Shown: positions 35,321-46,279 of the stretch, one piece after another
How positions within the stretch are numbered: position 1 is the first letter of the stretch
Layout of the letters: each line of letters starts with the position of its first letter
Assembly (NCBI RefSeq): GCF_964194025.1
Contig: NC_134472.1
Span: forward strand, 62,434,001-62,498,000
Length of the DNA: 64,000 bases
Source: Convolutriloba macropyga
Taxonomy: Eukaryota
Direction: 5' to 3'
Position numbers and translations under genes: made by a program
Notes under the pieces: generated by a model
The model's input: the letters and a program-made list of their open reading frames with translations, nothing else
Told to the model about the DNA's origin: nothing
Databases searched by the model: none

Positions 35321-38300
35321 CAAAAATGAAATAAAGGCACGGTTGGCAACAAATACAAACAAAACAAGAAGAGTTATTTGTTTGGTTATTCTGTGAAGTG
35401 CTGTACGACGAAATTGTTGAAGGCATTCTTTGACCCGGTTGCTGCTTTCTCCTGCAATCTGGTGAACGATACTTTGTTTCGTACACAGTCTCCTTCGATT
35501 TGACTCATCCACGTTTTCCGTTGCCCCCCAGGAGCGCGTCTAGCATGGACGTATTGATCGGGCGGGTCCCAATCGAAGGTACTGCGGGCTAATCTTCCTG
35601 GTTCCATTCTCTGGATGTGTCCGTACCATTTTATCCGTTTGAGCATGATCATCGTGGATAGTTGGGGCATTCGTGATCTTGACATAATTTCTTCGTTCGT
35701 TGCTTTCTCCAGATATGACACACGTAGAATTCTCCGAAGACAACCACAGTGGAAACTCTCAAGGTTTCTCTCCATTAATTTCGAAAGAGTCCAAGTCTCT
35801 GAGCTGTACAGCACGGCTGATAAAACGAGTGCTTTGTACAAATTGCACTTGAGGTGCACGCTGAGCTGCTTGCTCTTCCAGAGATTTTGGAAGTTAGCAA
35901 ACCGTTGTCTACCTTCTGCAAGTTTGCAATTGACTTCCTGCAGGTCTCCATGCTTGAGGCTGACATATGATCCGAGATACTTGAACGCTTCTATGTTTTC
36001 AAACTCGTTTCCGAGAACATCTTTTACTTTGCAGGAAAACACGCGTGTGGCAACTGCTTTAGGTTTGCCACAGTATCTCGATTGGTGAACTTTTCGGCCA
36101 TTGACTGTTTTGAACTTTCTTTCACACTTGTCACAGGTAAGGCTCGCCTCTAGTTGCTCGAACTTTGACTTGTCGACGACATTCTTTGACAAACCGGCTT
36201 TGCAGAATCTTGTTTGGTGCACTTTGCGTCCGGTAACTGTACTGAATTGCCGCTGACAATTCTGACATCTTAAAGACTCTTGGTCAGCCACCACTGACCG
36301 ACTCTCATTTTCTAGCGACTCTGAATCTGCTACCGCAGATTGTTGTTGTGAAGCTACCAACGCTGGCTTAGCCACCGCTAAGCTTTTCAATCTTAGCTTC
36401 CGGCCATCTTGTGTTTCGAACCAGCCCGCTTTCTTTTTCGTTCCCAGCAGCACCTCCGTGCTGATGGTTAGTCGTGACTGGCTAGATGTCTCTGCCAGGA
36501 GTCCTAGTTTGCCTTTATGTGTTCCAGTGAGTATCTCCACGTTCTGTTGGATACTAGGCACTGCAACAACATTTGGGCTGTCGCATTTTACGCCCATATA
36601 TTTTTTTTTTGGCCACATTAATCTTCAGACCAGCGGCTTCCGCAAGGGCTTCGATTCGATGTAGGTTTTCTTGCACTCACTGTCTGAGACCCCCACGAGA
36701 GCAACATCATCAGCAAAATTCAAGTCAGCCACCAATCTCCCAATGTCTAATCCTCCATGCACCGAGTTAGCCAAAATGTAGTTGATGACAAGGCCGAATA
36801 GGATTGGGGACCACACATCACCCTGCCTAACGCCCGTTCTGATATCAGATAAGCGTCCTTTCTCACCTTCGGCTTTGACTCGACATTTGAATCCATCATA
36901 GCTGTTTCTTATGATGTTTATCACTTTTTGCGGAAGACCATAGTGTTTCATTATCTGGTACATCTGCTCACGATCGACAGAATCGAATGCCGCTCGAAAG
37001 ACTATGAAACAAAAGCTAATATCCAATTGAAACGCCATTGATTTCTCTATTATTTGACGCAGGGCAGAGAGTTGATCGGCGCATCCTCTGCTTTTTCTGA
37101 AGCCGCACTGCTCTTCCCTTAAGACGCGATCCACTGAATCTTTGCATCGATTGAGAATAACGGAAGCGAACACTTTGCCTGGTACTGACAATAGAGAGAT
37201 CCCTCGGTGGTTCGAACACTCTGACCTCTTTCCTTTACTCTTGTATACACTTATCTATGATGTCCCAGAGCCACTCGACAATACCCTTGTGTGCTTTCAA
37301 CATCTCACAGGAAATGTTATCGGGTCCACTTGCCTTGCCATTCTTCAACCTGCGGACAGCTTCAAGCACTTCTTCAAATCGAATTGGGCTCAGGTCAATC
37401 GACAAGCTTTCAGCTGCTTCTTCGGGATCCAATCTCGTACTGCAACTGGATGTTGAGGGATTCAGGAGTTGACTAAAATGTTCCGTCCAGCGTTCAAGTC
37501 GTTCCTCTTTCGTCCGTAAGTTGACGCCAGTGCTTGAAACTAATTTGGTCAACTGAGGACTCCAGTTTCGGCAAATCTGCTGTGATGCCCCAAAAACCTC
37601 CTTCAAGTTGCCTCTGTCCGCAAAGCTCTGCACTTCTTGGCCTTTGCGTTCAAGCCATGCCCGTTTGTCTGCACGTAGAGCTTTTCTGACTTCCTTACAG
37701 CAGTTTGTGAACTCTAACAACGCCACCGAGCTGCTGTGTTTCTTCAACTGTAGATCAGCTCGTTTCCGGATAAGTTCCAGAGAATCTGGAGAAATCCAAG
37801 GTTTGTTCACTCGCTTGCCCGGAAGGAGGCATTTCACTGCTGCTTGGTTCAGGGCTTTTCGAAAATTGTCCCAAGACTGCTCTGTATTCTCGTAATCGCC
37901 GCTCTTATCCAGATGTAACTTGACCTCCTGCGTGAATAAGTCACGCGTTGTTTCATCTTGCAGCTTTGCAGAACTGATTCTGGGCGTGAAACATGGCTTT
38001 TTAGACAAAAGTTTCATAGATACTTCCGCAATGACCATTTCATGATCGGTAATTGTGGTTTTCCCTCTTCTGGTCCTCACATTCGTCAGACATCCTCTGT
38101 ATCTCTCTGCAAACAGAATGTGATCCAGCATCTTTTTTCGACAACTCGGATCGGGAGGGTTGTAGGTGTACCGATGCACTTGTCGATGCTAGAACCATGT
38201 ACCACCTACGAGCAATTTGTGTGAAGTGCAAAATGATAACAACTTTTCCGAGTTTTCATTTTCTTCACCCATTCCAAACGGGCCTCTGCAGCTCATGGTG

Positions 38301-38966
38301 TCATTCAACTGGTGTCCAGGCTCTGCATTGAGGTCACCGATGACACAAATACGCTCCCTATGTTCGAAGCTGGAAACTAGGTCTGAAAGTTGACTCCAAA
38401 ACAAATCCTTCTCTTGGAGACTAGCTTCATTCGTAGGTGCGTAGCAGACAACAACAGCTAGATTGGCTCTCCTCCGAGCCGCGAACTTGACGTAGCAAAT
38501 ACGTTCACTTAGAGCCACTTGTTCTACGACGCTGTTTATCAATGACTTCTTTACAGCAACGCCCACTCCTCCTTGTCTCGACTTTACACCAGACAACCAC
38601 GAGTCAGACAGGTAGAGCTTGTGGTCTCCGAGATCAATTTCTTGCTCCTGAAATCTCGTCTCCTGCACTCCCAGAATATCCAACTTGTATTGCGCCAGAT
38701 CCATTTTCAAAGCCTCTAAAGATCCGGCTTGGGTCAGTGTTCTGACGTTTAAAGTTGCAATTCTGAGTTGGTTCCTCGGGAGATTCTTAGCACCCCTTAC
38801 CCGGGACTCGGGGCCATGGTTGAATGTACTCATTGCTTTGGTGTTTGAAGGCTGAGATACGACTAGTTGCGCCACAAACTAGAAGACCAGTGCCTCGTTA
38901 GCTCGACCATGTGAGCGGAGAGCCGCAGCACATGACCTACCCCCAGGGGATACCACGTGGAGGTGA
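35321..38966 (-). mobile_element. RTE-clade non-LTR retrotransposon, copy 1 (APE-RT single ORF, disrupted)
   Basis: APE motifs IATLNVRTL, GVQET, CYAPT, GDLNA, LDH; RT motifs QCGFR, RQGD, FADD, FKYLGS; RTE C-terminus WYGHIQRM...W.P...RR.PGGQRKTW; one nonsense codon, a 53-bp deletion near 37248 and frameshifts. Confidence 0.93.
38892..38966 (-). ncRNA. HDV-like self-cleaving ribozyme at the RTE 5' end (5' strands hidden in the N-run)
   Basis: UC-ACC-UCCACGU-GGU-AUCCCCU-GG-...P4 hairpin...-GCUAAC-GAGGC follows the antigenomic HDV layout (ACC-UCCUCGC-GGU-P1'-GG-P4-GCUAA-P2'). Confidence 0.85.
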
Positions 38967-39188
38967 NNNNNNNNNNNNNNNNNNNNNNNNNNNNNNNNNN
39001 NNNNNNNNNNNNNNNNNNNNNNNNNNNNNNNNNNNNNNNNNNNNNNNNNNNNNNNNNNNNNNNNNNNNNNNNNNNNNNNNNNNNNNNNNNNNNNNNNNNN
39101 NNNNNNNNNNNNNNNNNNNNNNNNNNNNNNNNNNNNNNNNNNNNNNNNNNNNNNNNNNNNNNNNNNNNNNNNNNNNNNNNNNNNNNNN
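38967..39188. other. N-run of 222 nt at an RTE tail-to-head junction
   Basis: Counted directly. Confidence 0.95.
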
Positions 39189-42100
39189 CAAATATGAAAT
39201 AAAGGCACGGTTGGCAACAAATACAAACAAAACAAGAAGAGTCATTTGTTTGGTTATTCTGTGAAGTGCTGTACGACGAAATTGTTGAAGGCATTCTTTG
39301 ACCCGGTTGCTGCTTTCTCCTGCACTGTGTACGATACTTTGTTTCGTACACAGTCTCCTTCGATTTAACTCATCCACGTTTTCCGTTGCCCCCCAGGAGC
39401 GCGTCTAGCATGGACGTATTGATCGGGCGGGTCCCAATCGAAGGCACTGCGGGCTAATCTTCCTGGTTCCATTCTCTGGATGTGTCCGTACCATTTTATC
39501 CGTTTGAGCATGATCATCGTGGATAGTTGGGGCATTCGTGATCTTGACACAATTTCTTCGTTCGTTGCTTTCTCCAGATATGACACACGTAGAATTCTCC
39601 GAAGACAACCACAGTGGAAACTCTCAAGTTTTCTCTCCATTAATTTCGAAAGAGTCCAATTCTCTGAGCTGTACAGCACGGCTGATAAAACGAGTGCTTT
39701 GTACAAATTGCACTTGAGGTGCACGCTGAGCTGCTTGCTCTTCCAGAGATTTTGGAAGTTAGCAAATTGTTGTCTACCTTCTGTAAGTTTGCAATTGACT
39801 TCCTGCAGGTCTCCATGCTTGAGGCTGACATATGATCCGAGATACTTGAATGCTTCTATGTTTTCAAACTCGTTTCCGAGAACATCTTGTACTTTGCAGG
39901 AAAACACGCGTGTGGCAACTGCTTTAGGTTTGCCACAGTATCTCGATTGGTGAACTTTTCGGCCATTGACTGCTTTGAACTTTCTTTCACACTTGTCACA
40001 GGTAAGGCTCGCCTCTAGTTGCTCGAACTTTGACTTGTCGACGACATTCTTTGACAAACCGGCTTTGCAGAATCTTGTTTGGTGCACTTTGCGTCCGGTA
40101 ACTGTACTGAATTGCCGCTGACAATTCTGACATCTTAAAGACTCTTGGTCAGCCACCACTGACCGACTCTCATTTTCTAGCGACTCTGAATCTGCTACCG
40201 CAGATTGTTGTTGTGAAGCTACCAACGCTGGCTTAGCCACCGCTAAGCTTTTCAATCTTAGCTTCCGGCCATCTTGTATTTCGAACCAGCCCGCTTTCTT
40301 TTTCGTTCCCAGCAGCACCTCCGTGCTGATGGTTAGTCGTGACTGGCTAGATGTCTCTGCCAGGAGTCCTAGTTTGCCTTTATGTGTTCCAGTGAGTATC
40401 TCCACGTTCTGTTGGATACTAGGCACTGCAACAACATTTGGGCTGTCGCATTTTACGCCCATATATTTTTTTTTTTGGCCACATTAATCTTCAGACCAGC
40501 GGCTTCCGCAAGGGCTTCGATTCGATGTAGGTTTTCTTGCACTCACTGTCTGAGACCCCCACGAGAGCAACATCATCAGCAAAATTCAAGTCAGCCACCA
40601 ATCTCCCAATGTCTAATCCTCCATGCACCGAGTTAGCCAAAATGTAGTTGATGACAAGGCCGAATAGGATTGGGGACCACACATCACCCTGCCTAATGCC
40701 CGTTCTGACATCAAATAAGCGTCCTTTCTCACCTTCGGCTTTGACTCGACATTTGAATCCATCATAGCTGTTTCTTATGATGTTTATCACTTTTTGCGGA
40801 AGACCATAGTGTTTCATTATCTGGTACATCTGCTCACGATCAACAGAATCGAATGCCGCTCGAAAGTCTATGAAACAAAAGCTAATATCCAATTGAAACT
40901 CCATTGATTTCTCTATTATTTGACGCAGGGCAAAGAGTTGATCGGCGCATCCTCTGCTTTTTCTGAAGCCGCACTGCTCTTCCCTTAAGACGCAATCCAC
41001 TGAATCTTTGCATCGATTGAGAATAATGGAAGCGAACACTTTGCCTGGTACTGACAATAGAGAGATCCCTCGGTGGTTCGAACACTCTGACCTCTTTCCT
41101 TTACTCTTGTATAATGGGACAATTTCTGCTACCTTCCAGTCATCGGGTAGAACTTCCGTCGACCAACACTTATCTATGATGTCCCAGAGCCACTCGACAA
41201 TACCCTTGTGTGCTTTCAATATCTCACAGGAAATGTTATCGGGTCCACTTGCCTTGCCATTCTTCAACCTGCGGACAGCTTCAAGCACTTCTTCAAATCG
41301 AATTGGGCTCAGGTCAATCGACAAGCTTTCAGCTGCTTCTTCGTGATCCAATCTCGTGCTGCAACTGGATGTTGAGGGATTCAGGAGTTGACTAAAATGT
41401 TCCGTCCAGCGTTCAAGTCGTTCCTCTTTCGTCCGTAAGTTGACGCCAGTGCTTGAAACTAATTTGGTCAACTGGGGACTCCAGTTTCGGCAAATCTGCT
41501 GTGATGCCCCAAAAACCTCCTTCAAGTTGCCTCTGTCCGCAAAGCTCTGCACTTCTTGGCCTTTGCGTTCAAGCCATGCCCGTTTTCTGCACGTAGAGCT
41601 TTTCTGACTTCCTTACAGCAGTTTGTGAACTCTAACAACGCCACCGCGCTGCTGTGTTTCTTCAACTGTAGATCAGCTCGTTTCCGGATAAGTTCCAGAG
41701 AATCTGGAGAAATCCAAGGTTTGTTCACTCGCTTGTCCGGAAGGAGGCATTTCACTGCTGCTTGGTTCAGGGCTTTTCGAAAATTGTCCCAAGACTGCTC
41801 TGTATTCTCGAAATCGCCGCTCTTATTAAGATGTAACTTGAACTCCTGCATGAATATGTCACGCGTTGTTTCATCTTGCAGCTTTGCAGAACTGATTCTG
41901 GGCGTGAAACATGGCTTTTTAGACAAAAGTTCCATAGATACTTCCGCAATGACAAGTTCATGATCGGTAATTGTGGTTTTCCCTCTTCTGGTCCTCACAT
42001 TCGTCAGACATCCTCTGTATCTCTCTGCAAACAGAATGTGATCCAGCATCTTTTTTCGACAACTCGGATCGGGAGGTTTGTAGGTGTACCGATGCACTTG

Positions 42101-42882
42101 CCGATGCTGGAACCATGTACCACCTACGAGCAGTTTGTGTGAAGTGCAAAATGATAACAACTTTTCCGAGTTTTCATTTTCTTCACCCATTCCAAACGGG
42201 CCTCTGCAGCTCATGGTGTCATTCAACTGGTGTCCAGGCTCTGCATTGAGGTCACCGATGACACAAATACGCTCCCTATGTTTGAAGCTGGAAACTAGGT
42301 CTGAAAGTTGACTCCAAAACAAATCCTTCTCTTGGAGACTAGCTTCATTCGTAGGTGCGTAGCAGACAACAACAGCTAGATTGGCTCTCCTCCGAGCCGC
42401 GAACTTGACGTAGCAAATACGTTCACTTAGAGCCACTTGTTCTACGACGCTGTTTATCAATGACTTCTTTACAGCAACGCCCACTCCTCCTTGTCTCGAC
42501 TTTACACCAGACAACCACGAGTCAGACAGGTAGAGCTTGTGGTCTCCGAGATCAATTTCTTGCTCCTGCAATCTCGTCTCCTGCACTCCCAGAATATCCA
42601 ACTTGTATTGCGCCAGATCCATTTTCAAAGCCTCTAAAGATCCGGCTTGGGTCAGTGTTCTGACGTTTAAAGTTGCAATTCTGAGTTGGTTCCTCGGGAG
42701 ATTCTTAGCACCCCTTACCCGGGACTCGGGGCCATGGTTGAATGTACTCATTGCTTTGGTGTTTGAAGGCTGAGATACGACTAGCTGCGCCACAAACTAG
42801 AAGACCAGTGCCTCGTTAGCTCGACCATGTGAGCGGAGAGCCGCAGCACATGACCTACCCCCAGGGGACACCACGTGGAGGT
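39189..42882 (-). mobile_element. RTE-clade non-LTR retrotransposon, copy 2
   Basis: About 98% identical to copy 1, lacks the 53-bp deletion, has its own frameshifts and shares the -1 frameshift after FADD. Confidence 0.93.
42810..42882 (-). ncRNA. HDV-like ribozyme, copy 2
   Basis: Same fold as 38892-38966, with P1' GUCCCCU. Confidence 0.85.
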
Positions 42883-43310
42883 NNNNNNNNNNNNNNNNNN
42901 NNNNNNNNNNNNNNNNNNNNNNNNNNNNNNNNNNNNNNNNNNNNNNNNNNNNNNNNNNNNNNNNNNNNNNNNNNNNNNNNNNNNNNNNNNNNNNNNNNNN
43001 NNNNNNNNNNNNNNNNNNNNNNNNNNNNNNNNNNNNNNNNNNNNNNNNNNNNNNNNNNNNNNNNNNNNNNNNNNNNNNNNNNNNNNNNNNNNNNNNNNNN
43101 NNNNNNNNNNNNNNNNNNNNNNNNNNNNNNNNNNNNNNNNNNNNNNNNNNNNNNNNNNNNNNNNNNNNNNNNNNNNNNNNNNNNNNNNNNNNNNNNNNNN
43201 NNNNNNNNNNNNNNNNNNNNNNNNNNNNNNNNNNNNNNNNNNNNNNNNNNNNNNNNNNNNNNNNNNNNNNNNNNNNNNNNNNNNNNNNNNNNNNNNNNNN
43301 NNNNNNNNNN
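42883..43310. other. N-run of 428 nt at an RTE tail-to-head junction
   Basis: Counted directly. Confidence 0.95.
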
Positions 43311-43824
43311 CAAATATGAAATAAAGGCACGGTTGGCAACAAATACAAACAAAACAAGAAGAGTTATTTGTTTGGTTATTCTGTGAAGTGCTGTACGACG
43401 AAATTGTTGAAGGCATTCTTTGACCCGGTTGCTGCTTTCTCCTGCAATCTGGTGAACGATACCTTGTTTCGTACACAGTCTCCTTCGATTTGACTCATCC
43501 ACGTTTTCCGTTGCCCCCCAGGAGCGCGTCTAGAATGGACGTATTGATCGGGCGGGTCCCCCAATCGAAGGCACTGCGGGCTAATCTTCCTGGTTCCATT
43601 CTCTGGATGTGTCCGTACCATTTTATCCGTTTGAGCATGATCATCGTGGATAGTTGGGGCATTCGTGATCTTGACATAATTTCTTCGTTCGTTGCTTTCT
43701 CCAGATATGACACACGTAGAATTCTCCGAAGACAACCACAGTGGAAACTCTCAAGTTTTCTCTCCATTAATTTCGAAAGGGTCACTTAGAGCCACTTATT
43801 CTGCGATGCTGTTTATCAATGACT

Positions 43825-43825
<1 letters not shown>
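43311..43825 (-). mobile_element. RTE copy 3: 3' 470 bp fused to a 44-bp endonuclease fragment
   Basis: 43311-43783 matches the RTE 3' end; 43782-43825 matches the APE region (42423-42466) with 3 mismatches. Confidence 0.88.

Positions 43826-43893
<68 letters not shown>
43825..43893. repeat. (TAC)23 microsatellite
   Basis: Perfect trinucleotide run of 69 bp. Confidence 0.97.
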
Positions 43894-43895
<2 letters not shown>

Positions 43896-44770
43896 TTCTC
43901 CTGTTATTTGCTGCCCCTAGAGCTCATATTTAAACAGTTGCAAATAAACTATCATTTCTATGCGGAAGATACAGTTATTTATTTTGTCTATGAGGAAACG
44001 GTGACTCAGGGGAAGTTTGATCTGATTATTAGCACCTTACAGAAATGATTTTGTGGCGCCAAATTGAAATTGAATATAAGTAAAACAGAGTTTATGAAAG
44101 TAGTGCGAAATAAATCTTTCAACGCAGATCTAAAGCTCCCTTTGGATTCCAAATTTTCGAATCATCCTTGGCTTCATTTTGGAGGAAAAATTTCGTTTTC
44201 AAAGCAAGTCAGCTCGGTTACTTCTGCCTGCTACTATGTGCTGCGGAAGATCTGTACTATCAGAGACACAGTTGACAGTGATGTCCTAATAGGGTTGGTA
44301 TGCGTTACGATTATTTCGCGGCCTGACTACTGCAAATCACTTTATTATGGATTACCTGCTGTACTTCATGGGAAGTTACAACGGATAATGAATTGTGCAT
44401 GCAGGCTGATATTTCGACTGTCACCAGGAACACCAATTTCAAGATTCATCAAGCAGCTACATTGGTTACCTGTTCAGAAACGTGTGCTGTTTAATTTTTT
44501 ACTTTTTGGCCATCGCCTAATTCATCATCCTTAAGGAGTTCCAGGGTATCTTAGCTCTCTTGTGTCTCGCAATGATAAAGTTACAAGATGACATATATTT
44601 ACAACCTTCAAATTTTGGTCACTAAAACTAACTTTGGAAAAACATCTTTCAGCCATGCAATTCCGCATGATTGGAACAGACTGCCATTTGAATTGGAACT
44701 AATACCAGATGGACTTACATACAGGAAGAAAACGAAAACTTTTTTTGATAGTTTTAAATTGCTGCAATTT
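43894..44770 (+). mobile_element. L2/CR1-group LINE RT 3' fragment
   Basis: LLFSCYLLPL...YHFYAEDT, KLNISKTE, SRPDYCKSLYYGLP...KLQRIMN.ACRLI...LHWLPV, FGKTSFS...WNRLP. Confidence 0.85.
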
Positions 44771-44899
44771 TGAGTACTTAAATGGGGCCTAAACTTATTG
44801 TTGTCCTAGTCTACAAATCCGAATGTTTCCTCTCCTGTACTCTAGACCAAACTCTTACAACTCAGTACTCACTAGAAAACAAGAATTGTTCCGACGACG

Positions 44900-46250
44900 T
44901 AATGTTGTCAGTGGGTCTTTGATAATATCAAAAAAACATTCCACGCTTCACAAGACATCGAAGCTGTCGAACTAACACCCAAAGGCGGAAAGTGGATCGG
45001 AATCAGACATTCTCGCGGTTACTAAAGTTTAATAAACTAGAGAAGGTCAAGAGGGCAATTGAGGACGATCAAGTCTTATTTGAAGACTTCAATTGAATAC
45101 TCTTAGAATCTCCCAAATCTGTCCTCGCCTCCCAAGACCTAACGAAAGCCACTGGGCCTGATAACATCGGAAACATAAACTAGAAAAATCTTCCATGTCT
45201 GTCAAAGTCCTTAATGCTTATTTTCTAAACGTGTATAAAAAAAAAGACAAAAATCCACAGCTGCGGGCGGAAGAAATGCGATGTCAGACCAATCTGTAAG
45301 GAGGGAGATAAATTGAACGTTGAACAAAATAAAGCTGCTGTGCAACATATTTAATGTCTTTGAAAGAGTTGTAAAAATTAGCAGCACACCCTCAATCTGA
45401 CATTAACCAAATCAGCACATGGAGTACAAAAATTGACATGTATCCCAATGCCAAAATTATCCAAAGGTTTTGAAAGAGTTGTGAAAATTAGCAGCACACC
45501 CTGAGTATGAGACTAATCAAATCAGCATATGGTGTATAAGAAATGACATGTATCTCAATGCCGAAAATGTGCTAGCTTAAGCCTCCGAGGAACTTTTGTT
45601 GTTAGCCTATGTGGAACTCTAGCTCTCCTGCTCAGCTAAGAACTAATGGGACTTTGGTGTTCTGATGAACAATAATTTGACTTGGATTTTGAATTGTAAC
45701 ATTTGACTAAACAAATATTGGCGATCATTTTGTTTCTTAAAAGGTAAAATATCAGAAATCGGAATCTAGAAATCTAAACTGAACGTCTACACCGGCTACG
45801 TTGTACCTGTCGTAGACTAGGCTTCCCACTTTTAGTCCGCCAGTAAGGGAGATATTAAAGCGCTACGAAGGCTACAAAGAAAAGCAACCATGTGGATCAT
45901 AAACAACTCATCAAACAAGGCATACAAGGAGAGACTTGAACGCCTCAAGCTACTACCGCTGTCGTTCTACTTCGAGTTACATGGGCTTCGCTTCCTCGTC
46001 GACCTACTCGCAAACAAATACGACAACGACTTTTCTGAACAAATGCGAGGGATTGTAACGATGACAAGAAGATTCCACCTTTTTTCACCGCGCACTACAC
46101 TTGTTGAAAATTTTGCGGTGTACTGTACTATCCAACGCAGACAATATCACCAAGAAAACTCTCACAGACATAAATTGGCGAGTGAAAATGATTCCTGCTC
46201 ATGGCGCATTTAGTGCCTCTGTGGAAACTGCAGCCCAACGTCTAAACTCA
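44900..46250 (+). mobile_element. Highly decayed CR1-like LINE fragments, including a ~110-bp tandem duplication at 45360-45570
   Basis: KATGPDNI, YTGYVVPVVD, LQRKATMWI...YKERLERLKLLPL remnants. Confidence 0.65.
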
Positions 46251-46279
46251 ATTTTTAATCATCAAAAACTAGTGCTAAA

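Noticed and set aside
35003-43502. ORFs running through N-runs and antisense ORFs over the RTE copies
   Set aside because: Artefacts of N translation and shadow frames of the APE-RT gene.
43692-44048. ORF with a long poly-Leu stretch resembling a signal or transmembrane peptide
   Set aside because: It is the translation of the (TAC)23 microsatellite joining antisense RTE sequence to an L2-like fragment.
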